Origin: Desulfotignum sp.
GTDB taxonomy: Bacteria; Desulfobacterota; Desulfobacteria; Desulfobacterales; Desulfobacteraceae
Direction: 5' to 3'
NCBI GenBank assembly: GCA_021737695.1
Contig: JAIPDL010000006.1
Span: 1,126 to 65,125 of the forward strand
DNA: 64,000 nucleotides
The translations under genes were made by a program, and so were the position numbers. Positions within the stretch are counted from its first letter, which is position 1, and every line of letters begins with the position of its first letter. Below the pieces are notes generated by a model. The model had not been told where the DNA came from. It made no database searches and was given only the letters and a program-made list of their open reading frames with translations. This document shows, in pieces, positions 40,743 through 48,867 of this stretch.

Positions 40743-41225
40743 TTATCCCTTCAGGGCATGTGTCAGCAGGTCTTGCATTTTTTTTGCATCCATTTTTACG
40801 GGATTGGTATGGATATTGGCATCTTCCAGCGTTTTTTGAGCGATATCTGGAATATGCTGCTTTCTGATGCCCAGTTCCTTTAAATTGGCAGGCATGCCCA
40901 TCACCCGGCCGTGGTGCACCTTGAACATGCCGCCGATGACATAGGACACGGCATGGCCCGCCCCTAAGCCTTTGTCAAAGGCAATGGCTCCCATAATTGA
41001 AGCGGCCATGGTATAGGTGCGGGCTTTGATGTTTCTACCGCTGTAAAAAGCCGGCAGCAGGCCTTCTTTGATTTAAAAATGCCCTGCATGGCCACCCCGT
41101 CCAGGACCGGGTGAAACACCGAGCAGTTCCTTGATTCGGCCGGGACCGAACCGGATATGAGTGGGATGGTGCCAGTCTACCTTGGTTTCCGCAAGGGTGA
41201 TCTGCGGCCTGAAACGGGCGGTCAT
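40743..41225 (-). pseudogene. Iron-containing alcohol dehydrogenase pseudogene with large internal deletions
   Basis: RBS + ATG at 41225 gives ...WHHPTHIRFGPGRIKEL; then a frameshifted FHPVLDGVAMQGIF*IKE segment, KGLGAGHAVS...HHG, and an abrupt jump to the C-terminal GMPANLKELGI...NP. Confidence 0.75.
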
Positions 41226-41320
41226 ATGAAAAACTCCTGTCTACAGCATGGTCGTTTTATTGTAACCGGATACCGGTCTGGATCATCTCAGAAAAAATAA
41301 ATGACTGCAACAGCAAATAA

Positions 41321-41413
41321 GCCGACAGAACCCGGCAGGGGGCGCTGGCAGAACTAGGTCAGACCCTGGACCGCCTGAACACCAGCTACCTTGAGCTATG
41401 GCAGATCCGTTAA
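41321..41413 (+). pseudogene. Aldo/keto reductase internal fragment
   Basis: ADRTRQGALAELGQTLDRLNTSYLELWQI resembles the AKR motif SLxRLxTDYLDLWQIH; bounded by stops, no start. Confidence 0.55.
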
Positions 41414-41546
41414 TTAACGGGTTTGCGTAGTAATAAATACATGGTATATTTAAAATAATGGTCAGCTGTTAAATCGGTTATCGGGATGCTGGCAACCTTG
41501 AGGCAGACAAAAAAGGATTATTTTGGGACGGGAAAGGCGATACAAG

Positions 41547-41837
41547 ATGACAAAATTACAAATAATATCCGACAACAATGATATGATTCCGGTCATTCAG
41601 GATGCGATAGCCGCCAGAATCAAAAGAACCGAAATCGGATTTCAAAAAACGGGAAAAGAGATCCAAAAATTTGAAAAAAAATATCGTATCTCCTCGGATG
41701 ATTTCCTGGCCGAATATACATCTGATGATCTTTCCGGAGGAGATGAGGACTATATCAGCTGGATGGGGGAAATCAAGCTTCGTGAGGCCCTTCTGCAAGA
41801 AATTAAGGCTTTGCGTGAGATTGAATATGTTTGTTAA
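41547..41837 (+). CDS. Small antitoxin-like protein (FEKKY..SSxxF...DYxxW family), orphan
   Basis: IQKFEKKYRISSDDF...GGDEDYISWMGE is typical of TumA-like antitoxins. The overlapping downstream ATG at 41827 gives only 13 aa. Confidence 0.6.
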   Translation: MTKLQIISDNNDMIPVIQDAIAARIKRTEIGFQKTGKEIQKFEKKYRISSDDFLAEYTSDDLSGGDEDYISWMGEIKLREALLQEIKALREIEYVC

Positions 41838-41838
41838 A

Positions 41839-42768
41839 TCAGACAATATTGTTCGTATCCGGATATGAATGAAAATGGAAATCATGGCACTCTTCCCAGT
41901 CATAAACATTCACCATTTTGAATTCAGTGCTTATGAATTTGGGAATTGAAACTCCAAATATGAAATCTTTATCATCCCCCGAAATAACAACTGGTATAAG
42001 GCTGGTGCCGCTTACAATAGATGCACTAACCCTTAAATGCCCATTTAAAATGAAATAAGTGCCCTTACATAGGATTGTTTCGACAGGATATCCGTCATTA
42101 AAGCCATCTTTTTTAATTGAGACATAAACAGTTTGATTCTGGGATCGCCCTAATTTTTGTATTTTTTGAGTCGGGATCAGAATTTTCGGCGGCAGCCAAT
42201 ATTTAGTGATTTCTTTTTCTATAAGCCAGGATTCATACAGCTCAATGATTTTATCTGCTATGGTTTCAGGATTGGAGCAGGAAGTGTCAATTACAATATT
42301 ATAGTTGTCCATATCTGAACAATCAACATTATATAAATTTCGGAAACGTTCATTCTCAATTTTTTTCCTCAGCGCCAACTCCTTTTTGGCTTCTTCTATA
42401 TTGTCGTACACTTCACTTTCCCGTATATTGTCTCTGAGTACACGGGTTGCAGCTATGTCAGGATCTATCTGAAGGAATACCTTAAATGATTCCGGTATGA
42501 AAAACCAAGCCATTCTTGAATCAATCACAAAAGATTTTCTGCTTTTATTCAGGCTCTTATTGAATTCATCAATCTTAGCATCAATGCTCTTGTCATGCTT
42601 CATTGACTCATTGAGATCCATGGTTGACATATTCATTTTTTTAGCGATTTCACGCTGAATGCTTCCGGTTGAATACTGTTCACAATTAAGCTTTTCAGCT
42701 AAAATTTTTGCCACAGTGCTTTTCCCGCTGCCCAAATCTCCTGCAATTGAAATTTTAATGGTGTCCAT
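41839..42768 (-). CDS. Cytidylate kinase-like P-loop nucleotide kinase fused to a C-terminal ParB/sulfiredoxin-like domain
   Basis: ISIAGDLGSGKSTVAKILAEKL, STGSIQRE, IDSRMAW, RFxxLYxVD, IVIDT (archaeal-type CMK). C-terminal IPTQ...SIKKDGF...PV...ILNGHLRV resembles the ParB DGHHR motif. Confidence 0.8.
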   Translation of the reverse strand: MDTIKISIAGDLGSGKSTVAKILAEKLNCEQYSTGSIQREIAKKMNMSTMDLNESMKHDKSIDAKIDEFNKSLNKSRKSFVIDSRMAWFFIPESFKVFLQIDPDIAATRVLRDNIRESEVYDNIEEAKKELALRKKIENERFRNLYNVDCSDMDNYNIVIDTSCSNPETIADKIIELYESWLIEKEITKYWLPPKILIPTQKIQKLGRSQNQTVYVSIKKDGFNDGYPVETILCKGTYFILNGHLRVSASIVSGTSLIPVVISGDDKDFIFGVSIPKFISTEFKMVNVYDWEECHDFHFHSYPDTNNIV

Positions 42769-42813
42769 GGTTCAATAAATCCTGTTTATGATTAAATCTA
42801 TTTGCTAATTATG

Positions 42814-45153
42814 TTACTTGATCAAAATCTCCTTCATTATTGTATCAACGAAGGGGCTGAGTTCAGGAAATTTTCTTCTCAGTTTTGTTTCAACTGCTTT
42901 CTTATCTGGATATTTCTCATTCTCCACATCTAATAGCTTTTGAAATACAATTTGGGCAAGTTTACGTTCTATTGCCTCCAACTGTTGATTAGCTTCCAGC
43001 TTAATATACAAAAGGACAAGAAATTCAACATATGGCTTTTGCGGGTATTCATCATCGCCTTCAAACCGGTTTTTATAAGAGCTCAAGCTAATATTATCGG
43101 AATTTGCTCTGCCGTTAAGATCTGCATCGAGTGTTTCCAATATGTTTTTGCTGCTCGATTTTACTGCCGCATCATCTATCAAACCCTTAAGCTCGCTGTA
43201 AATATACAGTGAGGTCTTTTTGGCGATGTTTTCAAAAGCACTTTCATCACATTCACGAAGGTTTAATCTTTTACATAGGAGTTGTTTTACAATAGAAGAC
43301 CGTGCATTTTTGTCCGGTGCTGACATTAACAGGTGGTCGTCTATACGCCCTTTTCGTATGGCTGCCGGATCAATCCGTTCTCTGTAATTGGTGGCAATAA
43401 TGAATATACAGCGTTCTTTTTTTCTCAGATTCCGGAGTTTTGTGAGCATGCCTGGTGTCATGAACTGGAAAAAATCACCCTGTTTGTTATATCCCTTGGA
43501 AGATCTGTCCAGAATCATTCGATCTATTTCATCCAACAGAATGACAGCATCAAATTGGTCTTCCAGCACTTCAAATATTTTTTTGGCCCTTGCTTCCACC
43601 TCGCTTTCACCACCTTGAATGATGTCGCTTGGTGTTATTGTTATAAGCGGCCAATTCAGTTTTTGGCAAATATATTCTGCAAAATTTGTTTTGCCGGTTC
43701 CCGGAGGCCCGTAAAGGAGTATTGAATAAGTCTTTTCTTCACTGTTTTGGTTTTGCCTCCTTGGGCCTATCAGATGATTTTCTGCATAAGAATATGGTCG
43801 AAGTTTTTCATTACAATCTTTAGGACTGAGAGGTTCAACCATATCTCTCTCGCTGTTTTCCGGGAACTGCGCAGACAACCCGGCAGCTTCAAGAGACTTA
43901 TTGGCAATATGCTTTTCCAGCATAAATGAATAATAGTGGAGGAAAAGAAACACATTCGCCGTTTCCCAAATGTGGATGCCGGGGTGCATATGAACATGTT
44001 CAGAATGCCATCCATGGAACTTTATCCGATCTTTGGCATTCTCGCCATTTGTTTGAGCGGGTTTGGCCCATCCGGTTATTATCCTGGAACGGAGCCATTC
44101 CACATACCGTCGGAACAAATCCAGATTTTTTGAGAAATAATTCGGTTCATTACATTCATTTTCAATCAGATTGCAGCAGCGCAACAATGAACTGGCGGTT
44201 TCAACACTCAATGGAAAAAGAACACGGCCTTGGGGTGTCACAACTATCGGTTTGACAGGCCTCCAATAGGGATTTTTATTCTGGCTTTCGGTGATCACAT
44301 AAAAAATTCTATTCAGTTTGGCCCGGCTTATCGACAGGGGTTTTGTCAAAAGGAGCCCCTCAAGTGCAAATATCAATTCAGCTGCATCGAAATCTCCGTC
44401 TCGAATTTCAAACTTTGATAATTGTTCATGAATACGGTTATCGAAATAGTCAATAAATGGGCTGAGATGCTTGGAGTCATGGTTATCTGAAGATTTTTTT
44501 TCCGGATTAGGTTTGAGGTCAAAGGACTGTCTTAATTGAATACAGCGTAATGCAAGAAAAGCATGATCAATTGACCGCCGCTCCTTTCCTTCGTCCCATT
44601 CTAACCAGCTGCTTCCATCTTCTATCTTGATTGGATCTATCTTGAGGAGTTTTTTGTCTTGGATGGATTCGTTTATTTTTTTTGTTATATGTGCTTGAAT
44701 TTTTGTTTCAAAGACTTTAGATCTTTCAATTTCAATCAGCCACGACAGGGTCAGGATATCATTTTTTCCAAATGTACTGGAATAAGTTATTTGTTTTTTT
44801 TTTTCTAATTCTTTCTCAATTTGCGTTAGGAGTTCTTTCCATACTTCTTCATATTTTTGTGTTTCCGCCTGAAAATCATAAGGTTCAATTAAATCTACAT
44901 CTGGTATCAGTGGGCAATTTTCTCCAGTTTTGCCAGAAGCGGCAATCAATGAAAAAAGAATCATGGCATTCGTGCTATGAGAATAGGTTTTGGGGATTTT
45001 TATTTCATGGTCAAAAATCTCATACGGCCATTTATTTTCAAGAATAAAATCTGGAAATACTCTTCGTGTTTTTTCAATGGTAGCTTTAGTAAGCTGAAGT
45101 TCCAGTTTATCTTTGTTACGTCCATTTTCGAAATAGTTCATATGATCTATCAA
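42814..45153 (-). CDS. AAA+ ATPase with ~430 aa uncharacterised helical N-terminal region
   Basis: Walker A LLYGPPGTGKT, Walker B ILLDEID, SRH IATNYRERIDPAAIRKGRID. Confidence 0.85.
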   Translation of the reverse strand: MIDHMNYFENGRNKDKLELQLTKATIEKTRRVFPDFILENKWPYEIFDHEIKIPKTYSHSTNAMILFSLIAASGKTGENCPLIPDVDLIEPYDFQAETQKYEEVWKELLTQIEKELEKKKQITYSSTFGKNDILTLSWLIEIERSKVFETKIQAHITKKINESIQDKKLLKIDPIKIEDGSSWLEWDEGKERRSIDHAFLALRCIQLRQSFDLKPNPEKKSSDNHDSKHLSPFIDYFDNRIHEQLSKFEIRDGDFDAAELIFALEGLLLTKPLSISRAKLNRIFYVITESQNKNPYWRPVKPIVVTPQGRVLFPLSVETASSLLRCCNLIENECNEPNYFSKNLDLFRRYVEWLRSRIITGWAKPAQTNGENAKDRIKFHGWHSEHVHMHPGIHIWETANVFLFLHYYSFMLEKHIANKSLEAAGLSAQFPENSERDMVEPLSPKDCNEKLRPYSYAENHLIGPRRQNQNSEEKTYSILLYGPPGTGKTNFAEYICQKLNWPLITITPSDIIQGGESEVEARAKKIFEVLEDQFDAVILLDEIDRMILDRSSKGYNKQGDFFQFMTPGMLTKLRNLRKKERCIFIIATNYRERIDPAAIRKGRIDDHLLMSAPDKNARSSIVKQLLCKRLNLRECDESAFENIAKKTSLYIYSELKGLIDDAAVKSSSKNILETLDADLNGRANSDNISLSSYKNRFEGDDEYPQKPYVEFLVLLYIKLEANQQLEAIERKLAQIVFQKLLDVENEKYPDKKAVETKLRRKFPELSPFVDTIMKEILIK

Positions 45154-45197
45154 ACCTGTAATTCCTGATTAAAATCTATAATAATTTGCAGTTGTCT

Positions 45198-47207
45198 TTA
45201 AGGATGCGAAAATGTAACGGGGACGTCATATATTTCGGCAATTTCCCCCAAATGGCTTAAAGGGCTTACCTTTCCAATCACATTTATTCCCTTGCCCGAT
45301 CCACGGAGCTCAATTACTTTTTTTCTGAAATCTTCAATTCTGTTTTTAGAGTAATTGAATCGTACCCACTCAACAGCTGTTCCTGGGTTTTTTTGTTGAA
45401 AAACAGAACTGATATTGTTTAACTGGACGATCCAAACTACGGTTCCATCATACACCCATTCAACACTGTTATGACCGGCAAGTTCTTTTAAATTTTCAAC
45501 CAATTCTTTGACAAGTCGGACGACATTCTTGGGAAGGTTTTCATGATTCCGTCTTCCCAACATGAACGCATCTCCTTCACCAGGCACGCCTTTCACCTCG
45601 ATTTGATCAGAATCCATGGAAAAAGCCCGGCCTGAATAAACAGCGGGAATGACCTGTTGAATAAGGACAGAACTCAAAGGTGCTGGCGGTGGTCCCCAAT
45701 CCCTCTTTGGAGGAATAAGAATACGTCCTTCAAGAATTGCATAAGGATCATGCCAGCCCCATTCCGTGGGATAATATCCTGGCTCTTTAATTTCAGGGCT
45801 TGTACGAGTGATAAATTGTTGGTCTAAGCCTAGTGATTTACCAAAAGTAAAAGGGAACAGGCGGCGATTAAAAACCGTGGTGCGAGGTACTGGAAATCCT
45901 GCTGCAGAAGCTGTAATAAGACCGAAGACTTTATCTCCGAGTAATCGGCTGAATTGATGCGGCCACTTAGCGGGCATTTTCAATTTTTCACCCGGTCGTT
46001 GTTCCGATTGCCAGATAATTGTGTGGCGCTGATTCCATCCTTGACATTTTGGATGGATACTGAATTCGATTCTTGCACCTTCCCGCCCGTGGAGATCTGG
46101 CTCAAAACCATAAACGATTTTTAAAATATTCATCCCTGTTTTAAAGGGCAGAATTGCAGTGTCTTTTTTTTCATCATCAACACAGCGCGGCGTTGAATCA
46201 GGAGCAAATTCCAGCAATCCACGATGGCATACTCCGGATACGCCACCATCTGATTCATCTATGACTTCGTTGACTATGGTATGAAGATGCCTGTTCTGAG
46301 CTAGTTTTTTTATTTCTGAAATAACTTTTTCAGTAGAATCCAAATGCTTAATGAACGGATTACCTTCAGGGTTTTCCGGATGGTAGCTTCGGATATTGAC
46401 TTTTTTTGAAGGAGCTCTTTGCAGTAGAGCTGTGATCGCTTCTTCCGGTGAGTTGAACTTATGGTTGGGTTCATATCCAATGATCCTGCAAAACCGCTGT
46501 CTCAACTGATACCCCGGCCCAAAACTTACAAACTGGGCGACATTGGAAGTGCATGCCAAATGATCAAGGACCTCATCTTTGAAGAGTTTTCTTTCTTTTA
46601 ATACAGACGATGTTTTGTGTGTTTGTAGTTTCTCAACTATTTTTTTAAGTGTTTCTGTATCTCCTTCAATGGTTTTAACACGTTCAATTGCTTCGCTGAT
46701 CAGATTTATTCCCTTGATAAGGCTTATCGGTTGCAGCTGCTCATCGATACAGTCAATGCCATATCTCTGTGCAATTTCAAACTCTAGGGTACAGCCATGG
46801 GAATATTCCCATCCGAGTAAAAATATTGCTCTTTGAGCGTATCGACTTAAAACAGCTGTCCAGAAATGATGATAATCCTGCTGGTTCCAGCCAGGGACAT
46901 CAAGTCCTGTTGGATTGATGATAAGCCCTGTATGATTCCATCTGATCATTTCTATTACTGAAGTGGCTCTTTGAATGTTAGGTAAAATCACTTCGGCTTT
47001 CAAAGACGTTTCATATTCACTACTATCCTTTTTCAGATATTTCCCCTTGTGTTGCATCCAATCGACAAATAAGGGTCCTGTGGTGATTGGTGTGCTGATA
47101 TAAACTGCGGATCTTACACCTATCGTTAAATTCCTTTCTGCCGCCCATTCTAATAGTTTATCATCTGCAGAAGGGGCGGCAGTATTTTTTTTTGAAGCCA
47201 TTGCCAA
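45198..47207 (-). CDS. Fusion protein: DUF4406/NDT-like domain + two ATP-grasp (PPDK_N-like) regions + phosphohistidine swivel-like C-terminus
   Basis: VYISTPITTG...INP...DY...LGWEYSHGCTLE (NDT clan); GDKVFGL..GFPVP, VLIQQVIPAVYSG, GEGDAF, VEWVYDG..WIVQ (PEP-synthase N domain); SHLGEIAEIYDVPV resembles SHAAIVARExGIP. ATG at 47201 is an alternative start. Confidence 0.7.
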   Translation of the reverse strand: MAMASKKNTAAPSADDKLLEWAAERNLTIGVRSAVYISTPITTGPLFVDWMQHKGKYLKKDSSEYETSLKAEVILPNIQRATSVIEMIRWNHTGLIINPTGLDVPGWNQQDYHHFWTAVLSRYAQRAIFLLGWEYSHGCTLEFEIAQRYGIDCIDEQLQPISLIKGINLISEAIERVKTIEGDTETLKKIVEKLQTHKTSSVLKERKLFKDEVLDHLACTSNVAQFVSFGPGYQLRQRFCRIIGYEPNHKFNSPEEAITALLQRAPSKKVNIRSYHPENPEGNPFIKHLDSTEKVISEIKKLAQNRHLHTIVNEVIDESDGGVSGVCHRGLLEFAPDSTPRCVDDEKKDTAILPFKTGMNILKIVYGFEPDLHGREGARIEFSIHPKCQGWNQRHTIIWQSEQRPGEKLKMPAKWPHQFSRLLGDKVFGLITASAAGFPVPRTTVFNRRLFPFTFGKSLGLDQQFITRTSPEIKEPGYYPTEWGWHDPYAILEGRILIPPKRDWGPPPAPLSSVLIQQVIPAVYSGRAFSMDSDQIEVKGVPGEGDAFMLGRRNHENLPKNVVRLVKELVENLKELAGHNSVEWVYDGTVVWIVQLNNISSVFQQKNPGTAVEWVRFNYSKNRIEDFRKKVIELRGSGKGINVIGKVSPLSHLGEIAEIYDVPVTFSHP

Positions 47208-47249
47208 AAATCCATTTCAATTTAACGGCCAAATTTTGGTTTGCTGTTC

Positions 47250-47278
47250 ATCATGTCAAATGACATAAAAATTGTCAA
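47250..47278 (-). promoter_or_regulatory. Putative sigma70 promoter with overlapping palindromic operator for the three-gene operon
   Basis: Minus strand TTGACA, 17 bp spacer, TGn-CATGAT; palindrome atgtca-aa-tgacat at 47253-47266. Confidence 0.45.
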
Positions 47279-47670
47279 TGTAAACCATTAAGAGGCTTAT
47301 CGGGATAGCCTTCCACACATCCTGATGAGGCCTGATCCGAATGGGCTTTTTCGAAAACACACGGTCAGCTCTTTATTTTAAGATTAAGTTGATTTCATTC
47401 ATGGAAACTTCAAAAAAGGTTTTTTGATTGGTCTCTGCCATCTTGTTCAGTATAAAATATGCACCTTGACGGATTTAGTCGGGCCGTGTGGAACTTCACC
47501 ATGATCGACCAGAAAATACAGGTATAGTTGCCAATCATTATGACAAGCTGTTTCGGGAAAAATACAGTAAATTGGACAATGCCTGCAGGCTTTTGAACAA
47601 ATATTTTCTGGAATGGATTCTGGACCTTGAGAATCTATTCATCCAAGATCAGCAAGTGTATAAAAATTTT

Positions 47671-48867
47671 TCAGATCATCCGGATATCTTCCACGACCCG
47701 GCGTACCAGGGTGAACGAAATCCGCTCCTGCTCCAGGCGCAGGTTCGGGGTGTGGGTATGGTTGCGCAGGGCATCATAGACCCGGGCTTCATCCGGGGTG
47801 AGCAAGGGCAAATCCCGGCTTACAGGGGAGGGTTCTGTGCCCCACAGGGGTTTATGGGAGAGCAGGGTGGCTTCATCCATGAGAAAAGAGCGGGTTTGAG
47901 GAAAATAATGCCGGATCATGTGGATCATGGCAAACCCGTGGGTGTCCAGATCCCCCCAGTACCAGAGAGGTTTATCTGCCATCCAGCGGGCTTGGCACAG
48001 AACGGACAGGCTGTAGCCCCGGCCGAAGATCACCTGAGCGTTGGGAAAGGGCGGAAATGACAGGGCGGTGATGTCGTTTTCCACAATAAAGAGGGTGTCC
48101 GGCTGGACGGGCAGGCGGGCAAAGTCATGTGCCGGTATTTCCAGGTCGGACAACCCCATGATGAACAGATCCGGATCCAGGCACCGGAACCGGACCCGGG
48201 CGGGCCGGGACAGAAATCCAAACCGGTTTTCAAAGGCGGCCGGTCCTTTGACTGCGTCATCCACAACTGTTTCCGGCAGCACACAGGTCAGCAGTTTCAC
48301 CAGCCAGGCTTTGTGGGTTTCAATGAACTTGGTGTCCACCCCGGGGATCTCCAGCTGCCGGATATAGATGCCGGGCAAAGGATGACAGGTCATGAAATCC
48401 ATGATGGCCAGCAGCTCCTCCCACACCTTGTCATGCTGGAGCACGGTCAACGGGTGGTCCCGCAGCAGTCCGGCCAGTTGAGGAAACCGGTCCGTGATCG
48501 TGTGGAACAGGGTGTGAAATCGCTCAGCTTGCCGGGTTTTTCCCAGGAAAGATACCACATCGGCCAGAGTGGAAAATATCACCGCTCTGGGAATCCGGTT
48601 TTTTCCCAAACTCCGGTGGGTGAATGCATGCCATTCAATGTCAAATCCGGGCCGTCCCGGGGATGTTTCATGGGAGACCCAGTGGGCCACCCAGTCACGG
48701 GCCGCGGCAAAGTCATGGGTCAGTTCCCGGGCCGTGGGATGTTTCAGCGGGATGCGCAGAGGCATGAATTCTTCGGGCGTCACCCTCTGGGCGAGAAATA
48801 CCCCTTTGCGCCATTTTTTCTCCAGCCGGTCCTTGAGATCCTGGATCCGGGTCCAGGCAGCGGTCAC
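47671..48867 (-). CDS. jetD: Wadjet nuclease JetD (DUF3322 + DUF2220 TOPRIM)
   Basis: IYIRQLxIPGVDTKFIE, IVEND, FGRGY, YWGDLDTHGF, RLEQERI. Confidence 0.93.
   Translation of the reverse strand: MTAAWTRIQDLKDRLEKKWRKGVFLAQRVTPEEFMPLRIPLKHPTARELTHDFAAARDWVAHWVSHETSPGRPGFDIEWHAFTHRSLGKNRIPRAVIFSTLADVVSFLGKTRQAERFHTLFHTITDRFPQLAGLLRDHPLTVLQHDKVWEELLAIMDFMTCHPLPGIYIRQLEIPGVDTKFIETHKAWLVKLLTCVLPETVVDDAVKGPAAFENRFGFLSRPARVRFRCLDPDLFIMGLSDLEIPAHDFARLPVQPDTLFIVENDITALSFPPFPNAQVIFGRGYSLSVLCQARWMADKPLWYWGDLDTHGFAMIHMIRHYFPQTRSFLMDEATLLSHKPLWGTEPSPVSRDLPLLTPDEARVYDALRNHTHTPNLRLEQERISFTLVRRVVEDIRMI

Noticed and set aside
47300-48060. 190 aa + strand ORF 47488-48060 and possible degraded coding sequence between the novel operon and jetD
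   Set aside because: Mostly antisense to jetD; the unique part has stops in neighbouring frames and no recognisable family
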